Of a DNA stretch of 64,000 bases, positions 55,618 to 64,000 are shown piece after piece. Positions within the stretch are counted from its first letter, which is position 1. The number at the start of each line of letters is the position of its first letter. The position numbers were made by a program, and so were the translations under genes. Source of the stretch: Patescibacteria group bacterium (GTDB lineage: Bacteria > Patescibacteriota > UBA1384 > XYA2-FULL-43-10 > 1-14-0-10-43-13); NCBI GenBank assembly GCA_041674765.1, contig JBAYVE010000003.1, forward strand, positions 2,040 through 66,039, written 5' to 3'. The notes under the pieces are model-generated. The model did no database searches. It worked only from the letters and a program-made list of their open reading frames with translations, and was not told the origin of the DNA.

Positions 55618-57870
55618 CTAGCTTCTTAATTTTGCTTTGAATTTATCTTCTATCTCTTTGACTATTTTATCAATTATGCTATCTGCCTCAGTATCTGTCA
55701 TCGTTCGATCAAGTGATTGAAGGTAGATATGAAAGGCTACATTTTTCTTGCCTTTACCGAATTTGTCAGAAGCAAATTCGTCAAATAATTCAACCCTGTT
55801 AACCAGCTCCGAGACTTCATAGAGCTTATCGGCAATAATATTGGCATCCTTTTCCTTATCGACTATAAATGCCAAGTCTCTGGTAATTGATGGATATTTG
55901 GATATCGGCCTGTAGCAGCTTTTTTTAGCAGTCTTGATCAATTCCAGGTCAGAGTTTTCGAAGGAAGCTAGCGAGAGAAGGTCATTAATGGCCAGTTCGA
56001 TAACGAAACATTCGGATTTGCGGATTTTATAGATATCTAGCACTTCACGATCTATCTTATCAATATTTTGATTAAAATCTACGCCCAATACTGTTTTTAG
56101 GCTTGATACAGCTTCCTCCATCGACTTCTGACTACTCTTTCCGGCAGTAATAATGGATAGCGTCGTCTTTTCTTCAATGCCAGAAAAGACGTGTCCGATT
56201 TCAAATAAACTAATCGGATCAAAGGTCGGGTTCTTCGCGATGTCCTTCAAAAGTCCAGGGACAAGCGAATTTCTTAAATATTTATTTTCAGGTTGGAGAG
56301 GATTTGCAACTTCCAAAAGTATTTCTTTGTTGATTTTTGCGAGATTGGTTTCCTTCTCTGAAAGAAAAATGTAGTTGATAACCTCAGAAAAACCAAGATT
56401 TACAAGAAGGTCCTTGATATATTCTTTTTTGTAATAGATTGTTTTTTTGGGGACGCGACTTTCAGGTAATTTACGATCGTTGAGCTTGCTGTAACCATAA
56501 ATTCGGCCGATCTCTTCAGCTAAATCTTCAGTGATTTCGATGTCATGCCGCCATAAAGGCGCTACAACGCTTTTATTCTTACTCTCAAAGCCCAACTGGG
56601 AAAGGATTCCAACCATTTCCGCTTCTGAAATTTCGGCTCCAAGAATACCATTTATCTTACTGCACTCGAGAGGAATCAGTTTCGGCTCGAACTTTCTGCT
56701 TTGTCCGGTAATCTTGGCTACTATTTCGCCGCCGGCAGCTTCTACGATGAGGTTTGCAGCCTTCTTGAGTGCATTGGCTACGTTGCCCGAGTCGATACCA
56801 CGTTCGAAACGATAGCTGGCATCACTATTTAAATTTAAGAGTTTTGTCGATCTTTTGATCGATTTGGCATCAAATTCAGCAGCTTCTAATATGATATCGA
56901 CGGTATCAATATCAATTTCTGAATTGGCTCCGCCCATTATGCCGGCAATGGCGATCGGTCCTGCAGTGTCGGCGATCACGAGATTGGCGGGGGATATTTT
57001 CCGCACTGCGCCATCCAATGTTTTGATTTCTTCGTTTTCTCTGCCGTTGCGGATTATGATTTTTCCGTCAGTTACCTTTTTTGCATCAAACGCGTGGAGA
57101 GGTTGACCCAAATCAAGCATAATATAATTTGTAACGTCGACAATATTGTTGATCGATTTTTGCCCAAGCCGTTCCAGTCTATCTCTGAGCCACTTCGGTG
57201 AATCACCGGTCTTTATGCCCTCGATCTTCAAAACATAGTATTGAGGGCAAAGTTCTTGATTCTCTACTTCGATTTCGACACCTTTTCCACTTTTTTCTTT
57301 GATTGAATATCGAACAGATTCCAGTCCCCTGTCGACGATGGCTGCAAGATCACGGGCAAAGCCAAGATGAGAAAGAATATCTCCTCTATTCGGTGTTACA
57401 TCTATATCGAATATGGTGTCTGACTCCAGGATTTCGTTTACCTTGCGGCCTACGGCTTCATTTTCGGAAAGAATAATGATGCCAGAATGGTCATCGCCTA
57501 TCCCCAATTCATCAAAAGCGCAGAGCATACCCTCTGACATCTCGCCCCTGATCTCACTTTCCTTAATAAGAAGACCACTTGAAAGGAGTGTGCCAGTCTT
57601 TGCAAGGGGAACTTTTTGACCAACTGCGATATTTGGGGCACCGCATACTATCTTCAATTTGTTTCTTCCATCGTTAATCTCTGCAATTTGCAGCCTATCA
57701 GCATTTGGGTGCTTTCTGATAGACAAAATCTCCGCTACTACAACGGTATCGGGAATTGTTTTTGTAAACTCATCGACGGGACAAGAAGAAGCAGTGAACT
57801 TTTCTGCTAGTTCCTCGTCGCTGATTTTTGTATCAATGTAATCTTTTAGCCAACTTTTTAATATTTTCAT
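55618..57870 (-). CDS. pheT: phenylalanyl-tRNA synthetase beta subunit
   Basis: N-terminal MKILKSWLKDYID, tRNA-binding, B3/4, GIMGG and C-terminal FDX-ACB-like regions. 750 aa. Confidence 0.9.
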   Translation of the reverse strand: MKILKSWLKDYIDTKISDEELAEKFTASSCPVDEFTKTIPDTVVVAEILSIRKHPNADRLQIAEINDGRNKLKIVCGAPNIAVGQKVPLAKTGTLLSSGLLIKESEIRGEMSEGMLCAFDELGIGDDHSGIIILSENEAVGRKVNEILESDTIFDIDVTPNRGDILSHLGFARDLAAIVDRGLESVRYSIKEKSGKGVEIEVENQELCPQYYVLKIEGIKTGDSPKWLRDRLERLGQKSINNIVDVTNYIMLDLGQPLHAFDAKKVTDGKIIIRNGRENEEIKTLDGAVRKISPANLVIADTAGPIAIAGIMGGANSEIDIDTVDIILEAAEFDAKSIKRSTKLLNLNSDASYRFERGIDSGNVANALKKAANLIVEAAGGEIVAKITGQSRKFEPKLIPLECSKINGILGAEISEAEMVGILSQLGFESKNKSVVAPLWRHDIEITEDLAEEIGRIYGYSKLNDRKLPESRVPKKTIYYKKEYIKDLLVNLGFSEVINYIFLSEKETNLAKINKEILLEVANPLQPENKYLRNSLVPGLLKDIAKNPTFDPISLFEIGHVFSGIEEKTTLSIITAGKSSQKSMEEAVSSLKTVLGVDFNQNIDKIDREVLDIYKIRKSECFVIELAINDLLSLASFENSDLELIKTAKKSCYRPISKYPSITRDLAFIVDKEKDANIIADKLYEVSELVNRVELFDEFASDKFGKGKKNVAFHIYLQSLDRTMTDTEADSIIDKIVKEIEDKFKAKLRS

Positions 57871-57944
57871 AATCTTTCAATACTAATTGTGGATAGAGCA
57901 AATGCTGCATTAGCTTAATTAGCCTTTTTTGCCATTGGCATTAG

Positions 57945-58628
57945 TCAAAATTGTTTCAAAAATCGTAAGTCACCGGAACGGTAATGTCTTATGTCATCAA
58001 TAGAATATTTTAGTGCCACCATCCGGTCAATTCCAAGGCCAAATGCAAAACCTCTATAAAATTCCGGGTCTAAATTCATATTTCTAATAACATTTGGATG
58101 GACCATGCCGGCACCCAAAAGCTCCAACCACTTACCATTATATAGTACATCGACTTCAAAACTCGGCTCAGTGAAGGGAAAATAGCTTGGACGAAACCGG
58201 AGTTTCGTTTCCTCGCCATACAATTCTTTGAAAAAGATATTGAGCGTCCAGAACAAATGACCGACAGTTACATCTTTATCAATATATAAACCTTCCATTT
58301 GATAAATATTTGTTTCATGTTTGAAATCAGTCGCCTCGTTTCTATAAACTTGTCCCGGGAAGACGGCACGGATAGGCGGTTTTTTATTCTCAGCATACCG
58401 AACTTGGCCGTTTGAGGTATGGGTACGAAGCAATCTTTTATCCGTTAACCAGAAAGTATCTTGCATCTCTCGCGCAGGGTGATCAGATGGAAAATTCAAA
58501 GCATCAAAGTTGTACCAGACATTATCTACTTCCGGACCTTCATACACGTCGAAACCAAGCGCCTCAAAAATAGAGATAGCTTGCCTTAAAAATTGAGAAA
58601 TCGGATGCAAAGTGCCACTTTTAATCAT
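57945..58628 (-). CDS. pheS: phenylalanyl-tRNA synthetase alpha subunit (short form lacking the N-terminal coiled-coil)
   Basis: HPISQFLRQAISIFEALGF...HPAREMQDTF...class II motifs. GLGIDRMVAL motif 3. 227 aa. Confidence 0.9.
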   Translation of the reverse strand: MIKSGTLHPISQFLRQAISIFEALGFDVYEGPEVDNVWYNFDALNFPSDHPAREMQDTFWLTDKRLLRTHTSNGQVRYAENKKPPIRAVFPGQVYRNEATDFKHETNIYQMEGLYIDKDVTVGHLFWTLNIFFKELYGEETKLRFRPSYFPFTEPSFEVDVLYNGKWLELLGAGMVHPNVIRNMNLDPEFYRGFAFGLGIDRMVALKYSIDDIRHYRSGDLRFLKQF

Positions 58629-59008
58629 ATTTTCACCTGTTTCTTAGTTTGAAAAAATAATTCAAGCAAAACAACTACGATGATGACCGATGCGCCGATC
58701 ATCCAATCAAGAATTCTAAAACCCCGCAGCATCAGAATGGTGGTAAGGCCGGCGGAGAGAAGGAATGCTTGCCTTACAGATGGCCAAAAGTGATGAGTGT
58801 AGGTTTCAATTTTATTCGACTTTACTTTGAGTACAAAGATTATTAGAGCCAGAGTTCCTAATATCCCGGCAAAAAAAGAGGTATAGAAGTTTGCAAATTC
58901 AGAAAGGCCGGCTTTTTCAGGATTATAGTTGAAAATGTCTAGGATAACCGATGTTATACCAAAAACAGTAAAAGCAAAAAGGAAAAATAAATTTCGGGTC
59001 AGTTTCAT
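58625..59008 (-). CDS. small 4-TM membrane protein, unknown function
   Basis: 127 aa, hydrophobic throughout. Overlaps the pheS start and the rbfA stop by 4 nt each. Confidence 0.45.
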   Translation of the reverse strand: MKLTRNLFFLFAFTVFGITSVILDIFNYNPEKAGLSEFANFYTSFFAGILGTLALIIFVLKVKSNKIETYTHHFWPSVRQAFLLSAGLTTILMLRGFRILDWMIGASVIIVVVLLELFFQTKKQVKI

Positions 59009-59328
59009 TTCTTGATTTCCTCTAGGAGCTTATCAATTCGTTCCGCTTTTTCTTCGGTTTTATCGGCTACAAAGTAAAGACTTGGCACTCTGCGAGCCAC
59101 AATTCTCTTTGAAAGTACCATGCGGATATCCTTTGCTTGCAATTGGAACTCTTTGACTAGTCCGTCGATATCATTTACGGCGCTGACCCAAATTTTCGCG
59201 AATGACAGATCTTTTGAAACATGAACCTGTGTTAACGAAAAAAATCTGTCCGGAAATCTTTCCCGCAATTCGTTGGCCAATTCACGCGTGACTAACTCAT
59301 CAAATTTTTGCATTCGGTTGGTTACCAT
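59005..59328 (-). CDS. rbfA: ribosome-binding factor A
   Basis: Start chosen at internal Met (MVTNRMQKFDELVTRELANEL...). C-terminal KRIVARRVPSLYFVADKTEEKAERIDKLL matches RbfA (LRxxPxLxFxxDxSxExgxrIxxLL). Confidence 0.7.
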   Translation of the reverse strand: MVTNRMQKFDELVTRELANELRERFPDRFFSLTQVHVSKDLSFAKIWVSAVNDIDGLVKEFQLQAKDIRMVLSKRIVARRVPSLYFVADKTEEKAERIDKLLEEIKK

Positions 59329-59569
59329 AGACAGACTATAACACAAACTGCTTAATAATTCTATTCCATTTTTTGTATCTTTGTAGACTGACATGCAAAC
59401 TATCTATCAATTTGACGATGTTGACTAAGCTTTAAGTAATACCCGTGATGGTGCGACTGTGTTTGCCGGCTAAAGAACTCTATTACTATAACAATATTGA
59501 GACTACTCTTCCGGCAAAAATTAGTGTATAGATAACGCTTTTATCAAAAAAATAGCAATAGTTGTAACA

Positions 59570-59599
59570 CAAAAAACCTGCCGATGAGGCAGGTTTTTC
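59570..59599 (-). terminator. bidirectional intrinsic terminator downstream of rpsI
   Basis: AAAAAA-CCTGCC-gatga-GGCAGG-TTTTT: an A-tract and a T-tract flank a 6-bp GC stem. Confidence 0.55.
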
Positions 59600-59671
59600 T
59601 ATGAGTTTTAAATATACTGATAACTTTATATTTCGGGATAGATTCGAGCGCTCAGGATGACAGGGCAAGTG

Positions 59672-60058
59672 TTAGCGTTTTGCCCATTGAGGAGCTCTGC
59701 GTGCGCCACGAAGACCCGGCTTCTTTCTTTCTTTTTCACGAGGATCACGGGTCAAAAAGCCAGCTTTTTTCAAAGATGTGCGGAATTCAGGATCAAACTT
59801 CTCCAAGGCTCTGGAAATTCCAAGTCGAATTGCATCTGATTGACTCTCCTTACCACCGCCAAGCACTTTGGCAATAACACCAAAACTACCTTTTTTACCG
59901 ACGAGCTCAAATGGTGTAACTGTTGCGTCATCTAACTCAACTTTTGAGCCGTTTATTTCAGAGGTTTTTAGGCCTAAGAAAATCTTAACAACAGCAACAG
60001 CAGTCTTTCTTCTGCCTACGCCCAACCAATATTCTTTTTTGGAGTCTTTTTCAGTCAT
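59672..60058 (-). CDS. rpsI: 30S ribosomal protein S9
   Basis: GRRKTAVAVV near the N-terminus. C-terminal ...GLRGARRAPQWAKR. Confidence 0.9.
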   Translation of the reverse strand: MTEKDSKKEYWLGVGRRKTAVAVVKIFLGLKTSEINGSKVELDDATVTPFELVGKKGSFGVIAKVLGGGKESQSDAIRLGISRALEKFDPEFRTSLKKAGFLTRDPREKERKKPGLRGARRAPQWAKR

Positions 60059-60063
60059 ATGGA

Positions 60064-60474
60064 TTAGCCTTGATTTTTAAATTTAATGTTTTGGTGAGGA
60101 TGCTCGGAACCAGAATAAACCTTTAGCCTGGATAAAAATTGGTCTCTTAGCTTATTGGAAGGAAGCATCCCTGTTACTGCATGCTTTAAAATTTCGCCTG
60201 GTTTGCTCTTTTTTAGCTCAGGAACAGTAAATGTTTTGAGATTGCCAAGATAGCCGGTGTGTTTATAATAGCGCTTCTGGTCTTCTTTACGGCCCGTCAA
60301 AATGAATTTATCGGCGTTTAGCACAACAACATAATCACCGTTATCAGCATTGTTGCTGAAATTTGGTTTGTTTTTACCTCGAAGAATATCTGCAATTTCA
60401 GTGCAGGCACGCCCGAGGACTCTGTCCTTCAGGTCTATTATATACCAATCTTTATTTTCACTCGATGTTTGCAT
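60064..60474 (-). CDS. rplM: 50S ribosomal protein L13
   Basis: WYIIDLKDRVLGRACTEIADILRGKNKP typical of L13. Immediately upstream of rpsI. Confidence 0.9.
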   Translation of the reverse strand: MQTSSENKDWYIIDLKDRVLGRACTEIADILRGKNKPNFSNNADNGDYVVVLNADKFILTGRKEDQKRYYKHTGYLGNLKTFTVPELKKSKPGEILKHAVTGMLPSNKLRDQFLSRLKVYSGSEHPHQNIKFKNQG

Positions 60475-60482
60475 TCTGTACC

Positions 60483-60920
60483 TTATTTAGTATTTTCTTC
60501 CTTGTTTTTTTGAGGCTTTGTTGTTTCTTCTGCTTTAACATTTTTGCTTTTGTCTTCCTTGGACTCATCGACGAATACTTTCTTGTCGATTAGTTCTAGG
60601 CGCATCATTTCTGAATTGTCGCCCAGTCTGTTCTTTAGATGGTAGCTTTTGATAAAGCCGCTATTTCTCGTTGTATATCGGGGAACTAGCTCTTTGATAA
60701 TTTTATCTACTGCATTTTTATCGAAGAATATCTTGTGAAGCTTCCGAATAGCATTTAAGTCGCCTTTTTTGGATCTTGCTATGACACGTTCAACATAACT
60801 CTTGATTTCTTTTGCTTTTGGCATTGTTGTATCAATAGTTTCATATAACACCAATGAAGTAGCCAAGTTTCTTAGCATATGTTCACGATGAGCTTTTTTT
60901 CTGCCGAATTTACGATTCAT
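60483..60920 (-). CDS. rplQ: 50S ribosomal protein L17 (with Lys/Glu-rich C-terminal extension)
   Basis: MNRKFGRKKAHREHMLRNLATSLVLYETIDTTMPKAKE. Follows rpoA. Confidence 0.9.
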   Translation of the reverse strand: MNRKFGRKKAHREHMLRNLATSLVLYETIDTTMPKAKEIKSYVERVIARSKKGDLNAIRKLHKIFFDKNAVDKIIKELVPRYTTRNSGFIKSYHLKNRLGDNSEMMRLELIDKKVFVDESKEDKSKNVKAEETTKPQKNKEENTK

Positions 60921-60922
60921 TA

Positions 60923-61864
60923 CTAACCTATAATTGCTTTAATTTCATCAATTCCCTTTTTTCCCAAACCTTTGATCTCTTCAATCTTCAAAGGGGTCAG
61001 TCTCTTTAATCCCCCTATTGTCTTTATGCCTGAATTTAAAAGGGCGTTCATTGTCCTGGAAGAAAGGTTTAAATCTTCAACCTTTGTTTTGTTGCCCAAG
61101 TCTTCTTCGACAGCTGCTTCTGAAGTATCACCTTCATCATCGGACTGACTATCACTAACTTCGACTTCTGAGGTATCGCCCTCGATATCTTGACCAATAA
61201 ATGACTGAAAATGTTCAACCAAGACTGCTGAGGCCTCGTCCAAAGCTTCTTTTGGAGTAATGGTGCCGTTTGTATAAACATCAAGGGTCAATTTATCATA
61301 GTTGGTCATCTGTCCGACTCGAGTGTCCTCGATAGCGATTGAAACTCTCTCAACAGGAGAAAACATTGTATCGACTGCAATGCGGCCGATCTCGTTTTTA
61401 TCGCCGGTAGCTACGCTGACTGATTTAAAACCACGTCCTTTTTCGACGGTAACTTCCATATAGAAATCAGCACCTTTGTCCAAAGTGATGATATGAACTT
61501 CGGGATTAGTAATCTCAACGTTACTGTTAGCCTTGAAATCCTTGGCGGTAACTTCGGAAGGGCCTTTCTTCGAAAGCTCAAGAACAACAGGCTCGTCAGA
61601 GAATGATTTGAATGAAATTCCCTTAAGATTCATCATTAATTCGACGACATCTTCTTTGGCATGAGGAATAGCTGTAAATTCATGACTGACACCCTCAATT
61701 TTGAATGAAGTAGCAGATGTACCAGTGATTGATGACAATAAAACTCTTCTCAAAGAGTTGCCTATTGTTGCGCCATATCCTGGATAAAGCGGCTCGATGA
61801 CAAATTTGGAGTGCTTGCTATCGATCTTCTCTTCTATAGTTTTGGGAAGCCCAATTTTTTCCAT
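60923..61864 (-). CDS. rpoA: DNA-directed RNA polymerase alpha subunit
   Basis: GNSLRRVLLSSITG N-terminal motif. C-terminal alpha-CTD (NALLNSGIKTIGGL). Confidence 0.9.
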   Translation of the reverse strand: MEKIGLPKTIEEKIDSKHSKFVIEPLYPGYGATIGNSLRRVLLSSITGTSATSFKIEGVSHEFTAIPHAKEDVVELMMNLKGISFKSFSDEPVVLELSKKGPSEVTAKDFKANSNVEITNPEVHIITLDKGADFYMEVTVEKGRGFKSVSVATGDKNEIGRIAVDTMFSPVERVSIAIEDTRVGQMTNYDKLTLDVYTNGTITPKEALDEASAVLVEHFQSFIGQDIEGDTSEVEVSDSQSDDEGDTSEAAVEEDLGNKTKVEDLNLSSRTMNALLNSGIKTIGGLKRLTPLKIEEIKGLGKKGIDEIKAIIG

Positions 61865-61878
61865 ATAACTCCTTAAAA

Positions 61879-62472
61879 TTATCGAGAATAGAACTCAATT
61901 ATTAAACTTGCATTAACTTGTGTGTCAATTTCATCTTTCGTTGGAAGATGAAGAACCTCGCCAGATACTTTCTTTTGATCCATTTCAACCCATGAAAGTG
62001 ATTTATTAAGGTCAACTTCTTGGAACTTCTCAGGTTTCTTTGGAGAAATGATGGATCCTGGTTTGACCTGGTATGAAGCAATAGTAACTTTGTGACCGTT
62101 TACAGTAAATAAACCATGTGAGACATATTGTCTTGATTCTGATCTGGAAGAAGCATATCCCATTCGAAAAACAACATTATCGAGTCTTGATTCAAGCAAG
62201 ATAAGCAAGTTCTCGATACTATCGCCGGCCATTTCGGATGATTTCTTGGCATAGTTGCGAAATTGAGATTCGCTAATTCCATACATTCTTCTTGCTTTTT
62301 GCTTTTCACGAAGCTGCCGTCCGTATTCACTCATCTTACTTCTAAAACCCTGACCATGTTCCCCAGGGGCATATGATCGTCTGACTACGGAACATTTTGC
62401 AGACAAACAACGCTCACCTTTCAAGAGGAGCTTTTCACCTTCGCGTCTGCATTTTTTACAAGCTTTTAACAT
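61879..62472 (-). CDS. rpsD: 30S ribosomal protein S4 (Zn-ribbon type)
   Basis: CKKCRREGEKLLLKGERCLSAKC, then an S4 domain. Confidence 0.9.
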   Translation of the reverse strand: MLKACKKCRREGEKLLLKGERCLSAKCSVVRRSYAPGEHGQGFRSKMSEYGRQLREKQKARRMYGISESQFRNYAKKSSEMAGDSIENLLILLESRLDNVVFRMGYASSRSESRQYVSHGLFTVNGHKVTIASYQVKPGSIISPKKPEKFQEVDLNKSLSWVEMDQKKVSGEVLHLPTKDEIDTQVNASLIIEFYSR

Positions 62473-62515
62473 GATATGTTGTCCTAATTCCTAATGTTCT
62501 TATATTTAAACTGTT

Positions 62516-62923
62516 TTAGACTCTACGAGCTTTTTTCGGCCGACATCCATTGTGAGCAAGAGGGGTAACATCTTTGATAATTCCTGCTTCTATGCTGGTA
62601 TTGCCGAGTGCTCTGACAGCAGCATCTCTGCCTGGACCGACACCTGACACATAAATATTCGCCTTGTTAAAACCACGCATTTTTGCTTTCTCAACAACGG
62701 CAGCAACAGCAAGCTGAGCAGCATAAGGCGTTGACTTCTTGGCCCCCTTGAAGCCCAGAGCGCCAGCCGAAGATTGGGCTATTGATCCGCCTTTGTCATC
62801 GGTGATGGTAATAATCGTGTTGTTGAAAGTTGATTGAATATAAATGCTGCCTGAATGAACAGGGGTTTTCGCGCGTTTTTTAACAATCTTTTTCTTGTCA
62901 GTTTTTGCTGCTTGTTTGGCCAT
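62516..62923 (-). CDS. rpsK: 30S ribosomal protein S11
   Basis: ...GSIYIQSTFNNTIITITDDKGGSIAQSSAG...HNGCRPKKARRV. Confidence 0.9.
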   Translation of the reverse strand: MAKQAAKTDKKKIVKKRAKTPVHSGSIYIQSTFNNTIITITDDKGGSIAQSSAGALGFKGAKKSTPYAAQLAVAAVVEKAKMRGFNKANIYVSGVGPGRDAAVRALGNTSIEAGIIKDVTPLAHNGCRPKKARRV

Positions 62924-62957
62924 AATTTCGTATTGAAGTATTTAAATATTATGCGAT

Positions 62958-63341
62958 TTATTTTTTATCAAGACTTCTGCGTCCGGAGCCGACAGTTACC
63001 TTCTTGCCTCTTTTTGTGCGGGCGTTTGTTTTTGTGCGTTGACCATGCACAGGCAATCCTTTGGTATGACGGACTCCTCTGTATGTATTGATGTCCTTCA
63101 GTCTTTTGATATTTTGAGAAACTTCCGAACGAAGATCACCTTCGACCTTGAAGGTCTTTCCAATGAATTGTCTAATCTTCTCGGCGTCACTTTCGTCTAA
63201 GTCTTTGGCTCTAGTGTTTGGATCAATCTTCAACTCGGCCAAAATTTTCTGGCTTCGTGAAAGGCCTACGCCAAAAAGGTAGGTTAACGCGATTTCTATT
63301 CTTTTTTCATTCGGTAGATTGATACCTGCGATACGAGCCAT
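62958..63341 (-). CDS. rpsM: 30S ribosomal protein S13
   Basis: [26 protein letters not shown]. Confidence 0.9.
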   Translation of the reverse strand: MARIAGINLPNEKRIEIALTYLFGVGLSRSQKILAELKIDPNTRAKDLDESDAEKIRQFIGKTFKVEGDLRSEVSQNIKRLKDINTYRGVRHTKGLPVHGQRTKTNARTKRGKKVTVGSGRRSLDKK

Positions 63342-63396
63342 TATCTTCTCCGGTTTGTATATTTATGCTAATAACTAATGAAATAGGCTGACTTGA

Positions 63397-63543
63397 TTAG
63401 CCCTGTCTCTGTTTGTGCTTTGGATTCTCGCATAGAACAAAAAGTCGGCGCTTAGTACCGGTTCGAGAGGATTTACCTTTCTTACTTCGGATAACCACCT
63501 TGCATTTATCACATATTTTCTTGACTGAAGCCTGAACTTTCAT
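63397..63543 (-). CDS. rpmJ: 50S ribosomal protein L36 (48 aa, about 10-aa internal extension)
   Basis: Below the track length cutoff. RC translates [48 protein letters not shown], with the bL36 hallmarks MKV.ASVKK.C..CK and [11 protein letters not shown]. Confidence 0.8.
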   Translation of the reverse strand: MKVQASVKKICDKCKVVIRSKKGKSSRTGTKRRLFVLCENPKHKQRQG

Positions 63544-63594
63544 TGAATAACAACCTCTAATAGTTAACAAATAAAAACGCCCCTTATTTCGATC

Positions 63595-63837
63595 TTACGC
63601 GGCTTTCGGATTTTGGGGCTGATTGAATCTTCGTATGACTCTCCCCTTGGCCAGATCGTAAGGTGTCAGCTCTACAAGGACGCTATCACCCTGTGTTACT
63701 GAGATCCGGTGTTGTTTCATTTTACCGGAAAGATAACCAAGGACGATATGACCATTTTCAAGCTGGACACGATATTTGGAGTCAGGCAAAACTTCAATTA
63801 CTTTGCCGGTAATTTCGATAACGTCGTTTTTTGTCAT
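63595..63837 (-). CDS. infA: translation initiation factor IF-1
   Basis: Start at Met MTKNDVIEITGKVIEVLPDSKYRVQLENGHIVLGYLSGKMKQHRISVTQGDSVLVELTPYDLAKGRVIRRF. The track ORF begins earlier at a non-ATG codon. Confidence 0.9.
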   Translation of the reverse strand: MTKNDVIEITGKVIEVLPDSKYRVQLENGHIVLGYLSGKMKQHRISVTQGDSVLVELTPYDLAKGRVIRRFNQPQNPKAA

Positions 63838-64000
63838 ATTTACATTATTAAATTTAACATAATTCACTGTCCAAGTCAACACTTTCAGCTAAAGACATAA
63901 TGGCAGGACGAGAAGCATAGATGATAGAAGGTGACGGAGGTTTTTGACAATGTCATATCCACTCTAATGATACTCAACTATTTGTTACAACTAGCGGTTT

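Noticed and set aside
59486-59668. 60-aa ORF between rbfA and rpsI
   Set aside because: It lies over the rpsI terminator hairpin and 3' UTR, has no RBS, and is AT-rich and hydrophobic by composition only.
1-64000. tRNA, rRNA and CRISPR arrays
   Set aside because: I scanned intergenic regions for T-loop (GGTTCGAATCC-like) and cloverleaf patterns and for regularly spaced direct repeats. None were found. The GTTCGA hits lie inside coding sequence or lack acceptor-stem pairing.
63883-64000. 3' end of an upstream gene (map or adk expected before infA)
   Set aside because: All minus-strand frames hit stops within the last 118 nt. No ORF end could be supported from the sequence available.

Overview
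The window has a low-GC (~35% by eye) bacterial backbone. Gene content and compact protein architectures (227-aa PheS, 477-aa AspRS without a GAD insertion, short ribosomal proteins) suggest a CPR/Patescibacteria-like genome; this is inference, not a search result. Positions 46.8-64 kb carry a conserved translation-gene neighbourhood: leuS, rpmF-nusB-rnc, a D-Ala-D-Ala carboxypeptidase, a pseudouridine synthase, aspS, pheT-pheS, rbfA, rpsI-rplM, rplQ-rpoA-rpsD-rpsK-rpsM-rpmJ-infA. Positions 1-46.5 kb look accessory. They hold a T4SS-like conjugation module (pilin, VirB6-like, split VirB4, M23 hydrolase, serine recombinase at the window edge, plus a coupling-protein-like ATPase and a replication-relaxation protein at 20-24 kb). 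They hold a two-component system and a ~5.4-kb higher-GC (~50%) island with a 24-aa candidate precursor peptide, two radical-SAM/SPASM enzymes, an arginase-fold hydrolase and an alpha-oxoamine-synthase-like aminotransferase. Next to that island sits an LD-carboxypeptidase/ABC-F/RimL-like GNAT trio. Further right is a tight 4-gene defense operon (DUF262-DUF1524 GmrSD-like, SNF2 helicase, Type III Mod, Type III Res). Immediately after it comes an 8-gene same-strand operon of unassigned proteins (acidic small protein, FtsK-gamma-like wHTH, a 1077-aa SF2 helicase with a C-terminal nuclease-like tail, a DUF2779-like Cas4/exonuclease-like protein, a NERD-like protein) that I consider the best candidate for an undescribed system. 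A second small GC-rich radical-SAM island and an IS30-like remnant lie at the accessory/core border. Other observations: a Nudix-box domain inserted in LeuRS, an in-frame GC-rich hairpin insert in leuS, and a four-helix-bundle (23S-IVS-family) gene flanked by repeats right after rnc. No tRNA, rRNA or CRISPR array was found.
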